A stretch of 64,000 bases of DNA from Hyaloraphidium curvatum SAG 235-1 (lineage: Eukaryota > Fungi > Monoblepharomycota): positions 722,497 through 786,496 of the forward strand of contig JAIVFI010000012.1 in the NCBI GenBank assembly GCA_025558095.1, read 5' to 3'. Within the stretch, counting starts at the first letter, position 1. The number at the start of each line of letters is the position of its first letter. Shown here piece by piece: positions 10,631 to 21,195 of the stretch. Below the pieces are notes generated by a model. That model was given only the letters and a program-made list of their open reading frames with translations. It ran no database searches and had not been told where the DNA came from. The position numbers were made by a program, and so were the translations under genes.

Positions 10631-11848
10631 ATGGAATTCGAAACTGACGCCGCGGCCCCGACAGGTGCTTCCCCCGCGAGCCTCGCGTCGCTTCCGCCCG
10701 AGCTGCTCCCCGCCGTCCTGCGCCCGCTGGGCCGCCGCGACCTCGCCCGCTGCGCCGCAACCTGCCGTGCGCTCTACTCTGCCGCGATGGCGCTCCTGCT
10801 GCGGTCGCTGCGGCCCGTGCGGCGCGATTTCCCACTCTTCGAACGCGTGCTCGAAAAGACGCACCTCGCGGAAATGGTGCGCGAGCTCAGCCTGGACGGC
10901 GGGCTGGGACAAAAGGACATGTCGTGGTGCCTGCGCGCCTTTCGGAAGGTCAGGCGGCTGCGCGTCGAGCTGGCGAGGGACCGGGCGCCCGCGCCGGACG
11001 TGCTCCAAGGCCTGGAGGACCTGGAGGACCTCGAGCTGCGCTTCAGCGACCACGTGGGCAACGCGTTCCTCGCCGCTGTGGACTTTCCGCCGTTTCTGCG
11101 GAAGCTGGCGATAAGGATGGTGCGCTGGATCAACCACGAGCCGCCGGCGGAGGTGCTCGCGCGGATCGAGGAGATGTGCCCGAGGTTGGAAGCGCTCTCG
11201 CTGGCTCTCTTCCCGGACGGCGGCAGCAGTTTCCTGGAACGGATGGCGCGGGAGCATCCGGGCCTCGTGGGCAAGCTTGGCGTGCTCGAGGTCCCGCCGT
11301 CCGCCATCCCCCGGGCGCTGGCGTCGCACACGCTGTTCGCCCCGGCGGAGCTGGTGCTCCATTTCCCCCGGGCCGCCCGCGGGCAGGCCCCGTCGTCCGT
11401 CGCGCCCGCCTGGCTCTGGGACGCGGTCACCCGCCTGCGCTTTCGGCGGCTTGCCCTGCACGGCTTCCCGACCGCCTCCCTGCTGCGCGGTGTGCCGCGC
11501 ACGGACCTGCTGGTGCTAGCCGGGGACTTTGTTCCCTGCATCCCCGCATCCGATCTGCCCCGCGTCGTTGCAGGGATCGAATCCGCGGTGGGAAAGGTCG
11601 CCGTGGGTCCCTCGGTCCTGGACTCCGACCACGGTGGCGAGCGGGCCGCGTGGCGGCGTCTCGCCGCGCTGCCTCCAAGGACCGCGCCCCGGGCGATCAA
11701 GCTCGTCAAGCGCGATCGCCGGCCACCGCAGGCCGCTCCGCCGGCGCCATCACGGACCCGCATCTCCCGTGAGGATTCGGGCAATGCCACCGCGGGTCCG
11801 GGTCTCGGAAGGGCACCGAGGAAGATCTGGAAAGGGCGCGATGAATGA
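10631..11848 (+). CDS. F-box/LRR-like protein, family A
   Basis: SLASLPPELLPAVLRPLGRRDLARCAATCRAL F-box followed by LxxLxL repeats; intronless. Confidence 0.8.
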   Translation: MEFETDAAAPTGASPASLASLPPELLPAVLRPLGRRDLARCAATCRALYSAAMALLLRSLRPVRRDFPLFERVLEKTHLAEMVRELSLDGGLGQKDMSWCLRAFRKVRRLRVELARDRAPAPDVLQGLEDLEDLELRFSDHVGNAFLAAVDFPPFLRKLAIRMVRWINHEPPAEVLARIEEMCPRLEALSLALFPDGGSSFLERMAREHPGLVGKLGVLEVPPSAIPRALASHTLFAPAELVLHFPRAARGQAPSSVAPAWLWDAVTRLRFRRLALHGFPTASLLRGVPRTDLLVLAGDFVPCIPASDLPRVVAGIESAVGKVAVGPSVLDSDHGGERAAWRRLAALPPRTAPRAIKLVKRDRRPPQAAPPAPSRTRISREDSGNATAGPGLGRAPRKIWKGRDE

Positions 11849-11864
11849 GGGGATCGGATTCAAT

Positions 11865-13136
11865 CTACAGGTCCGCGAAGTCGTCGTCGGAATCCTCGTA
11901 GTACAAGAGGTCCTCCTCGCCGTCCTCGTCGTCGAAGAGGTCCGCGTCCGGCTCAACCCCGAACCGCACGCCATCTCCATCCAGATCGTCGCCGCCGAAT
12001 CCTACATCCGACTCGCCGTCTTCCGACTCTGCCCCCTCCTCGGGCTCGTCGGGCATCAGATCGGCCGCCCCCGGCGCGAGCACCTCGGCCAGCTCGGGCG
12101 TCACCCGCACGACCCCGAGCTCCCCCATCCACGCTGCCACCTCCGCACGCAGGACCTCGACGTCATAGGGGCAAAGCCCCCGGGGCTTGCACAGCTCGCC
12201 GATCGTGATGCGGATGCCGGCGTCGTTCGGAACCAGCAGGTCGACCAGGTCGTCGCCGTGAGGGACGCGGAACAGCGTCGGGAGCAAGCGGTCGACAGTG
12301 AGATCCTGCAGCGATGGCGGCATGCTGATGGTCACCAGCATATGGGAAGCGAGCTCCGAAAAGCGGAGCGAGGTGACGGAGGGCAGCTTGCTGATCGCTT
12401 CGAAGCTCTTCTTGCCAATCCGGGCCCCGTCCGTCTTGATGATCCTCCTCGGACGGAAATCGGGCGTGCCGCAGAGGAACGCAAAGGTGGCGTCGTCGAG
12501 CAAATGCCACGTCGTCACCCGGCAACGGACCATCTTCGCCCCCGCGAAGAAGAGGCCGTGATGGTTGCTGCCGTCCAGGGACACCTCCAGATCCTCGAGC
12601 TCGTCGCTGTGCGCGATGATGTCAGCCAGCACCCGGGACATCGCTCCGAGCTTCTCGCCGCGGTACGCCAACGTCCGCAGGGCGGGGAACTCGAAGGGCT
12701 GGGAATCGTTCCGCCACGAACCGCGGTCCAGCACCTCGAGTTGAGTGACCGAGCGGGGCACGGCACGAAGGACTGCACGCAGGGCGGCTTCGTCCTCGAA
12801 ATCGAGGGAAGCCGACCGGAGATCCTGCAGCTCGGCGAGCAAACGCTTGACGACGTCGACGCCTTCGGCGGTCCGCGCGCCGCAGTCCGTCCGTACGCTC
12901 TTCACGCACGCAAGCCACCCGCGGCGTCGCCAGTCCTCCATGCGGTCGAGCAGAGAGACGGCGAAGGAGCGCATGTGCACGAAGCGCGAGAAGGCGAGCG
13001 GGGTGAGGAGCGCCAGCGCGCCGCGGGACGCGCGGGCAAACTCGGACTGGCGGCGGTGCGGGAGGAACTCGGCGATGCGGTAGAGGATTTCGGGAGGGAA
13101 GACGGGCTCCGCGACGGTCGCTTTGGTTGGCTCCAT
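11865..13136 (-). CDS. F-box-like/LRR protein, family B, with acidic tail
   Basis: VFPPEILYRIAEFLP N-terminus, LxxLxL repeats and a D/E-rich C-terminus; ATG at 13136. Confidence 0.8.
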   Translation of the reverse strand: MEPTKATVAEPVFPPEILYRIAEFLPHRRQSEFARASRGALALLTPLAFSRFVHMRSFAVSLLDRMEDWRRRGWLACVKSVRTDCGARTAEGVDVVKRLLAELQDLRSASLDFEDEAALRAVLRAVPRSVTQLEVLDRGSWRNDSQPFEFPALRTLAYRGEKLGAMSRVLADIIAHSDELEDLEVSLDGSNHHGLFFAGAKMVRCRVTTWHLLDDATFAFLCGTPDFRPRRIIKTDGARIGKKSFEAISKLPSVTSLRFSELASHMLVTISMPPSLQDLTVDRLLPTLFRVPHGDDLVDLLVPNDAGIRITIGELCKPRGLCPYDVEVLRAEVAAWMGELGVVRVTPELAEVLAPGAADLMPDEPEEGAESEDGESDVGFGGDDLDGDGVRFGVEPDADLFDDEDGEEDLLYYEDSDDDFADL

Positions 13137-13244
13137 CGGTGTTTTCGTGTTCGGATGGAGGTGACGAGTCGGTCGCTCGCCAGGTCTGAGTGGCTTCTCC
13201 AGACGACAGCCGACTCTACCCACACTCGTGCCTTGAACGCACCG

Positions 13245-14402
13245 ATGCAAGCCCTTCCTCTAGCCGCCGAGCCCTTCACCGACGACAATATCGTCGCCGC
13301 CGATGCCTCGCCGGTGGCGAGGGTCGCCGGCATCCCCGAGCTGCTCCGCCTCATCGCCAGCTGGTGCCCCTCCGGGTCGCGCACGCTGCTCAACCTGTGC
13401 CTCATGTCGCGGGACTCGTACTCATCGGTGCTTCCGGTGCTCATGGAGACGGTCACCCCGGACTTTCGGACGGAGGAGCAGTTCGAGGCCTTCCTGGGCG
13501 ACTCGCAAGGAACGAACCGCCACGGCCTCGTCCGCGGACTGGACGCCTTGTGCGTGAGGGAGCCGTACAAGCTCAGCGCAATGATACCCCTATGTCGCAA
13601 TCTCAGGACCCTGACGCTGGATTCGGGTGCTCTTTCCGACGAGCTGGTGGCGCTCATTTCTGAAGTCGCCGGAGAGCTCGACGAGCTGGTGCTCGTGGTG
13701 TGGGCCTGGCCTGGGGAGACCTTTGATCTTCTGCGAGGCATGCGCAGGGTCAGTCGGCTCGAGTTCCGGTGCGCATCCCGCGGTATCCGCGTTCCCGAAA
13801 ATGCCGCGCTCCCTGAGGTGTTGGAATCATTCGACATCGTTGATCTATCCGAAAACTGGATTCGGTTCTCTTGGGAAGGGTTCGGAATCCTTCTGCGGTT
13901 GATCGATGGTTGTTCCAGCTTGAAAGACTGGGGGCTGTGGTTCGAGGTTACGGCAGAGGACCTTGAACCCTTTCCAGCAGCCACATCGAAGCTTCGGAGG
14001 GTCACCGTTTCCGCACTTTACGCGATGGATCTGCTGAAGCTTCCGGGGCTCGACCCGTTAGTCATTCACGTCTCAGGGTATCTCCCGGACGAGCATAAGG
14101 AAGAGGTTTTCCGGGCGATCGGGGAGCTCAAGTCTCTCGTCAACGTCATCGTAGCGACGGATGAAGTAGCAGACCTCGTCTCGCTCGTCGAAAGCTGCCT
14201 GCGTCTCCCCGACATCCAGGAGATGAACATCATATATCACGGAACGGAACTGCTCCGGAAATCCAAGGTACAGCCACGGCTGCGCGAGTTGCTGGGTCGT
14301 CCGCATTCTCGGGTTACGATCCGCGTCTTTGGGCTGCTACAAGACGATTTTGCCGAGTTGGACGCATGGAAGGCAATGCCGCGGGTTACCATTGACACTT
14401 AG
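13245..14402 (+). CDS. F-box-like/LRR protein, family C
   Basis: IPELLRLIASWC...TLLNLCLMSR followed by CRNLRTLTL-type repeats. The real start lies inside the 11529 track ORF. Confidence 0.75.
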   Translation: MQALPLAAEPFTDDNIVAADASPVARVAGIPELLRLIASWCPSGSRTLLNLCLMSRDSYSSVLPVLMETVTPDFRTEEQFEAFLGDSQGTNRHGLVRGLDALCVREPYKLSAMIPLCRNLRTLTLDSGALSDELVALISEVAGELDELVLVVWAWPGETFDLLRGMRRVSRLEFRCASRGIRVPENAALPEVLESFDIVDLSENWIRFSWEGFGILLRLIDGCSSLKDWGLWFEVTAEDLEPFPAATSKLRRVTVSALYAMDLLKLPGLDPLVIHVSGYLPDEHKEEVFRAIGELKSLVNVIVATDEVADLVSLVESCLRLPDIQEMNIIYHGTELLRKSKVQPRLRELLGRPHSRVTIRVFGLLQDDFAELDAWKAMPRVTIDT

Positions 14403-14437
14403 AACACGTTGAGCGGCATTGCGAATACTGAGATGGT

Positions 14438-16006
14438 TCACTCCACGATCGGACCGTCCCACGCCTCGAGGTCCGCCAGCTGCGCCTTGGCCTCGTCCCG
14501 CGTCGGCACCCCCCACGCGTCAAAGTACCCCGACAGGTTCCTCCCCACGGCCTTGGAAATGGCGACCAGCCACGCGTCCCGCTTGGCGTCGTCGTCCTGC
14601 GGCCTCTCCTCCTCGGGCATCGCCGCGAACCCAGCAAACGCGTCGTAGAAGGGCTGCCACCCGAACTCGGCGACGAGCCGGGCGTACATGGCCAATGCGA
14701 GGAACGGGTCGTCCTTCCACTTGGCAAAGTCGGGCGCGGCGAGGTATCTCTTCACTTCGGGGAGGGTTTCCTTGATGCGCGGGTTGTCCCACGCGGCCAC
14801 GCCGTTGATCCGCTCCACAGCGTGCAGCACAAACACGTTGTTGGTCACCTCGTCCGTGCCCTCGAAGGTCCACGCGTCGCGCTGGCGGTTGTGCCCGATC
14901 TCGTGGTACGCGCCCCACACGGCGTTGCCGTCCGCGCGGATGGCCTTTTCGTCGAGCACGGCGAACAGCGACTCGTCGTCGGCGTCGTATGTGCCCATCA
15001 GGGGGTACCCGCTGTGCAGGTAGCCGAGCGAGATCTGCCGGTCCGCCACGAGGCGCTCGGGGAAGTTGAACGGCTCCCCGCCGAGCTCCTCGTACGTGAC
15101 CAGCGCGTCCTCCCACAGCTGCATCAGCGACTCGGGGTCCTCCAGCGCCCTGAGCTTGGCCGAGGGGACGGTGAAGATGATGCGGGAACAGGCGAGCTCG
15201 CCCCAGGGAGCGGGGCGGTGACGGATCGAGTCGCGCCATTCGGCAAGAGAAGTCTCGCCGAGGATGAAGGTGGGAGCGGGCACCACGGCGCCGCTGATCT
15301 CGACCTCGAACGAGCCCTCGCCGTCCTCGGGCACCACCACGTAGACGAGCCCGCCGAACGGCGAGGCAATGGTGGTGAGCTCGCCCTCGAGGGGATAGTC
15401 GAACGACAGGTCCGGCCACCGCGTCCATGCCTGCTCCTCGGCGCCCTCCTCGTAATCCTGGTGGCACCCGCGCGCGACTTCCTTCTCGGAGTAGAGCTCG
15501 TCCGCGTGGGCGCCGATCCTGATCCTCAGGCCGCGTTCGATGGCCTCGGGTGCAGCGCGGATCTCGACGATGCCGCCCGGCCTGGCGTAGCGCTGGGTGC
15601 CGATCCAGCGCCCGTAGGTCGCGTCTACCGACACCGTGGCGGGCTCATCGGTCGCATCGTCGGGAACCGAGCCGGGGAAGTCGGCGACGGCGGGGCACAC
15701 GGCCTGCTCCTCGGGCGGCGCGAGCCTCCACGCTTCGGAGAGCACGAACAGCAGCAGCCTGTCGAGCCTGCGCTCCGGCCCGATCGGGTTCTCCCGCGAG
15801 GGCGTCAGCTCGCTTTCCCTGCTCGCAAACGCGTCCTTGGCCGCCGCGCACAGCGCGTCGATCTCGGGCAGCGGCGACTCCTTGGCGGTGCGCAGGGCGG
15901 CGGCGGCGGCCGATGCGGCGCGCGCGAGCTGCTTCTCCGCGGCGGGCAGCTCTTCCTCGCCGGAGATCCACCGCGCCACGAGGGCGAGCGCTTCGGATGC
16001 CTTCAT
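14438..16006 (-). CDS. Peptidase M60-like (TCAF/FAM115-type) zinc metallopeptidase, intronless
   Basis: SPFGGLVY, APWGEL, DRQISLGYLHSGYP and WGAYHEIGHNRQ...EVTNN (HExxH plus downstream E). Confidence 0.9.
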   Translation of the reverse strand: MKASEALALVARWISGEEELPAAEKQLARAASAAAAALRTAKESPLPEIDALCAAAKDAFASRESELTPSRENPIGPERRLDRLLLFVLSEAWRLAPPEEQAVCPAVADFPGSVPDDATDEPATVSVDATYGRWIGTQRYARPGGIVEIRAAPEAIERGLRIRIGAHADELYSEKEVARGCHQDYEEGAEEQAWTRWPDLSFDYPLEGELTTIASPFGGLVYVVVPEDGEGSFEVEISGAVVPAPTFILGETSLAEWRDSIRHRPAPWGELACSRIIFTVPSAKLRALEDPESLMQLWEDALVTYEELGGEPFNFPERLVADRQISLGYLHSGYPLMGTYDADDESLFAVLDEKAIRADGNAVWGAYHEIGHNRQRDAWTFEGTDEVTNNVFVLHAVERINGVAAWDNPRIKETLPEVKRYLAAPDFAKWKDDPFLALAMYARLVAEFGWQPFYDAFAGFAAMPEEERPQDDDAKRDAWLVAISKAVGRNLSGYFDAWGVPTRDEAKAQLADLEAWDGPIVE

Positions 16007-16581
16007 GGTCGGGAACCGCGGAGAGGTTGTCGGGCGGGATGGCAGGACCCGGAAAGGGCCCGCATTCGACTGGTGGGGTGCAACGCGAGGACGTCCCGGG
16101 AAGGAACTGGATTGGGACACCTGTTCGGTCACGAAGCGGAAGAAGAACTACTGGGACCATATCGTGGAGTGGGCGTCGGAAGGACCCTGGCGAGGAGAGC
16201 GACCGACCTGTGAGCGTGAGCCAGCACAACTCGGACGACTCCCGTCCGAATCTGAGCGGGAATCGCATCCCTACGATGAGGTCGGGAGCGACGAGAGTGA
16301 CTGGTGATGTAGACTTCGATCATTGGCTCCTGGAATCGCCCAGGCATGGCCCATGGAGTGGAGGAACGTTTCTCCGCACCTCCTCGATTCTCCGCAAGTT
16401 CTTCGTAGTTGCCCGCAGTCTCGCCTCTCACGATCTGAAGAGCACCGTAGCCATCTCTGTGCCTCATTCTCGGCCAGTGCGTTTGCGCAAGGCGCCTCAC
16501 TCAGGTTGTTCCGTGTGGCCGGGCGTCAGGGGCCACGCGTCCGCAGCAGCGCGTCCCCCCACATCCGCCCGATTGCCCGCC

Positions 16582-19500
16582 ATGGCGGACCCGCCGCCCG
16601 AGCCGGGCTCGCCGGGGTCGCCGCCGCTGCGCATCGAGGTCCAGGAAATCGTCGCGCCGACGCTGACCGTCACGGGCGATTCGTCCCCGACGGTCGAGGT
16701 TGTTGTGCCGCCGCCGCAATCCGGTACCCCCGCGCCGCCGCCCCCTCGCGGGCTCCCTTCTGAGACGGGCGCCGCGGACGGTGCCGCGGGCAAGGCGGCG
16801 GAGGCGGGATTCGCCGGTGCCGGGGCGGACGCGGGCCACGCCCACTTTGCTCCCGCCGGCGACTCGCCGCGGCGGCCCTCCGCGGAACTCGCCGCAAACG
16901 GGCTGCCCGCCGCCGGGATCATGAAGCGCCCCTCCGCGGACCTGAAGGCCGGCGCGCCCCACGCCCCGCTCCCCGCCCCGCGCCCCGGCCCGCGCGCCGT
17001 GAAGGTGGCGACGGACGAGGACCCGCGCCAGCTGTGGGCACTCAAGGAGTACGCCTCGATCCCGCTCTCGATCGTCATCATGATCGTCGGGTCGCGCGGC
17101 GACGTGCAGCCGTTCGTGGCCCTGGGCAAGATGCTGAAGGAGACGTACGGGCACCGCGTCCGCCTCGCGACTCACGAGACCTTCCGGAAGTTTGTGACTG
17201 TCGACGGCGGGCTCGAGTTCTTCCCCCTGGCCGGCGACCCGGCGGAGCTCATGGCCTGTGAGTGGCTCGCGGCGACGATTTTCCGGCCACCCTGCTCACA
17301 GGGGCCCCTTCGCCAGACATGGTCAAGAACCCCGGCCTGATCCCCGGCATGTCCTCCATCCGCGCCGGCGACATCGGCAAGAAGCGTGCCACCGTCGCCG
17401 CCATCCTCGAGACCTGCTGGGACGCGTGCCACAAGCCCGACCCCGGGCCGCCCGCCGCCGCCGCCGCGGGGAGCAAGTCGGCCGTTGACCAGGCCCACGG
17501 CGCCGGGACCGACCAGGCGCCGGCGGGCCCCGCGCAGCCGTTCGTCGCGCAGCTGATTATCTCGAACCCCGTGACCTTCGCCCACATCCACTGCGCGCAG
17601 AAGCTGCGCGTGCCCCTCCACATCATGTTCACCATGTGGGTTGGACTCCAGCTCCTTACCCATTGACGACGACTGACTCTGGTGGGCAGGCCCTGGACCC
17701 CGACCCGCGCCTTCCCCCACCCGCTCATCAAGATCAACTCCTCCGGCGAGCCCGGCGTCATGAACTACCTCTCCTACTCGGTCGTCGAGAACCTCACGTG
17801 GGCCCTGCCGCTGCGGCACACGGCTTTTTGCCCTCTAAACGTCGGCCTCCGCCCCACACCGCAGCTGGTCCGGCATGGGCGACGTCATCAACAACTTCCG
17901 CAAAAACACCCTCAACCTCCCCGTCCTCACCCAGATCACCGGCCCCTACCTCCTCACCTCGCACCCCATCCCCTTCACCTACACCTGGTCCCCCGACCTG
18001 GTCCGCAAGCCCGACGACTGGTGCGCCGGGACCTACCCCGAGACGCGCAAGGCCGCCACCGGGGGTTCCTCGTCGCGGACCGACACGGGCGCGTCGCGAA
18101 ACACCCGCGCCGCGACGGCGACCATCCTCCGCGGGGCCGCGGAGGACAGGGAGCTGATCGACGTGTGCGGGTTCCTGTACCTCGACTCGCTCACGGCCAA
18201 CTACGCCCCGCCCGCGGAGCTCGCCTCCTTTCTGGAGCGCAAGACGGACAAGAAGATCGTCTACATCGGCTTCGGCTCCATCGTCATCCCCGACCCCGAC
18301 GCCTTCACGAAGCTCATCCTCGAGGCCGTCAAGCTCGCGGGGGTGCGGGCGCTGGTCAGCCAGGGGTGGGGCGGGCTGGGGATGGGCGACCAGGCGGTCG
18401 AGGTGGTGGACGGGGAGAAGCAGGTCATGGTGATCGGCAACACGCCGCACGATTGGCTGTTCCTGCAGGTGGGCCGGCGGTCCGCGGCCGGGGAGCTTCC
18501 GGGACTGACGCGCATCGACGCTGCAGATCGACGCGGTGGTGCATCATGGAGGCGCGGGCACGACGGCGGCAGGGCTCAAGGCGGGGCGCCCGACGATGGT
18601 GGTTCCCTTTTTCGGCGACCAGCCCTTCTGGTTGGCTCCCCTTTCGTGCCTCTACCATTCTTCTGCTTACCATCTCGCGCGCAGGGGCGCCATGGTCAAC
18701 CGGATGGGCGTCGGTGCGGCGCCGATCCCGTTCAAGAAGCTCACTGCGCAGAACCTGGCCGAGTCGCTGCGGCACCTGATCAAGCCCGAGGTCCGAGCCA
18801 AGGCCGAGGAGATCGGCGAGAAGATGCGCGAGGAGACGGGGTGCGTCCTCCCAGCCCGCAGTCGTGCCTGAAGCTCACCCCCGGGTTCCCAAAGGGTCCT
18901 CAACGCCTGCCGCTCCATCCACCGGCACCTTCCCCTCGCCCAGATGACCTGCGACATCTTCCCGGACCGCCTCGCGACGCACTACCTCGCCCCCCGGGCG
19001 TTCGACAAGAGCCTGCCGCTCATCTCGGTGTGCAAGCCCGTGCGGGACCTGCTGATCCAGACCGGCGAGGTGCCCAAGAGCAAGTGGAAGTCGAGGGAGG
19101 GCGGGTTCGTCAAGTGGAACCTGGACGACGTTTCGCGGAACCGTGGGTCGCGGCCGGCTTCTGGCCTTGAAGGGGAGTCTAACTTTGCGCTCAGTGATCG
19201 AGGGCACCCTCCGCGCCGCCAAGGACCTCGCCGTCGAGACCGTCAAGGGCGCCGGATCCCTGTTCTACGAACCGGCCGTCGGTTTCAAGGCCGCGGCCTC
19301 GGCCACCACCCCCGGCGCCAAGACCAAGGAGGTCTTCCGCGGGCTGGGCCGCGGGCTCGGCCACTTCGTCTACTACCCCATCAAGGGCGGCGGCAAGGTC
19401 ATCGGCGACCTCGCCGACGGCCTCCGCAACACGCCCAACACCCTCGAAGGGCGGCCGATGGAGTCCCGCAGGCAGGTGCACCACGCGGCCGACGGGATCG

Positions 19501-20288
19501 GGTGGGGCACGGTGGCGCTCGGGCAGGGGGTCGCCGAGGGGCTCTATGACTTTTTCGCAAAGCCCGTGACCATCTCCATGGACAAGGGGCCGGCGATCGG
19601 GGTGCCGCTCGGGATCCTCACGGGGTCCCTGTCGGTGGTGTTCAAGCCCATGGCGGGGGCGATGGACTTTGTCTACATGAGCGGCAGAGGTATCAAGGAG
19701 ACCACGCGGGATCTGTTTGACCGGAAGGGCGCCAAACGGAGGAAGGAGGCCGACAAGGCGTACAAGAAGGTCGGGGTCATCGGCGGGGTGCTGCCCTCTG
19801 CCGAGCACCACCTGGAGGAGGACACCCCGCGCATGCGGACGCCATCGCCTCGGCCACCGAGCAGGGCCTCTGCGGGAGCTGCGGCCGGGGCTGCGGCCGC
19901 GAACGGGAACCTGGCGGTCCCCGTGGCGGGTTCCGCGAACCTGGTCTCCACGACGGGGGAGCGGTACGCCAGCTTCTACAGCTTCGCGTCGAACGCGGTG
20001 CCGCACTCGGACGAGCTCACCGAAGCCGAGAAGGAGTACGCCCTCGCACGCTTCAGGGAGATGCGCGAGGCCCAGCGGGGCGAGACCGAGCTGTTCAAGA
20101 AGCAGCGGGACCAGGCTCGGCAGGAGCGCGAGGAGGAGGTGCTCCAGGAGAAGGCGCTGGAGGAGCGCATCCAGGCCGGCAGGGAGGCCACGGCGATCCT
20201 GGGGAACAGGACGATCCAGGTGGACCGCGTGCTGATCGGGGCGGACAACGACGTCCTCTCGCTGGGGTCCCTCGTGGACCAACTCTAG
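16582..20288 (+). CDS. Sterol 3-beta-glucosyltransferase-like GT1 enzyme, multi-exon
   Basis: [48 protein letters not shown] and PFFGDQPFW across short GT-AG introns (first 17258-17316). Confidence 0.93.
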
Positions 20289-20440
20289 GGACGGCGCGGT
20301 TGGATCTCGTTCTGATTTCTGGGCATGTATGGAACGTTTTGATTAACTGTCTCTTTCGGAAGAGTTCGGATCGCGGGCAGCGGGGGGGCGTGCGCTACGG
20401 CAACGTGTGCGAATCCGCCTAATCTCCAGACGCACCGCCC

Positions 20441-21101
20441 ATGGCCTCCCTGGACGAGCTGAAGGCGTTCGAGGGCACCTGGGTGCTCAACCGAGCCGCC
20501 TCGGACAATGCCGTGCTGGACGAGGTGCTCGCGATGCAGGGTGCGGGGCGGCACGGCGCGTCTCCCGATGGACGGAGCTGACCTCGGCGACCGTCCAGGC
20601 ATGCCGTGGCTCATGAGGAAAGCCGCATCACGTTCGTTGACTATCAGCGGCCTCTAAGGATGTGGAATTGACGCGTCTCGTCCGCCAGTCGCGACGCCGT
20701 CGGTCACGGTCAAGGTGGTCTCAAAGAAGCTCGCGGAAGTGGACTGGGACGGCAAGGGGCTCGACGGCGACGAACACGACCCCGAGGAAGAGACCATCGT
20801 CTTCGAGGTGGCCATGCACGCCGGGATCCCGGCGATGCCGACGCGGACGCAGCACAACCCGCTCCACGGGCGGAAGGTTTCCCATGAGATCAGAATTCCC
20901 GGGTTTCCTCCGAAGGTCATCGTCTTCGTTTCGAACCGCACCGAAGGAGGGATCGTTGTACGGAGCGAGAACGAGGCGGAAGGTTGGACCAACGAGGCGC
21001 GGTGGAGTCTCGAGGACGGGGGGAAGACGATCTGCAGGGACATGGTCTTCACCAAGGGCGGCAAGACCAAGAAGTACGTTCTGAGGAACACGAAGCAGTA
21101 G
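20441..21101 (+). CDS. Calycin/FABP-like small beta-barrel protein, 2 introns
   Basis: FEGTWVLNRAASDN...DEVLAMQG|MPWLMRKAA resembles the FABP N-terminal motif; the C-terminus is beta-rich. Confidence 0.65.
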
Positions 21102-21195
21102 GGGGCTCCTCTGGGCGGTGGCAGATAACTGGGAGGGCGACGCAGATGTACTCACTCTAGACAAAGCTCTCTATCTCTTTTGTCTTCTCTTCCAC

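Noticed and set aside
11529-14402. 957-aa ORF as one protein
   Set aside because: Its first 572 codons are mostly antisense to the 11865-13136 gene; recognisable coding starts at 13245.
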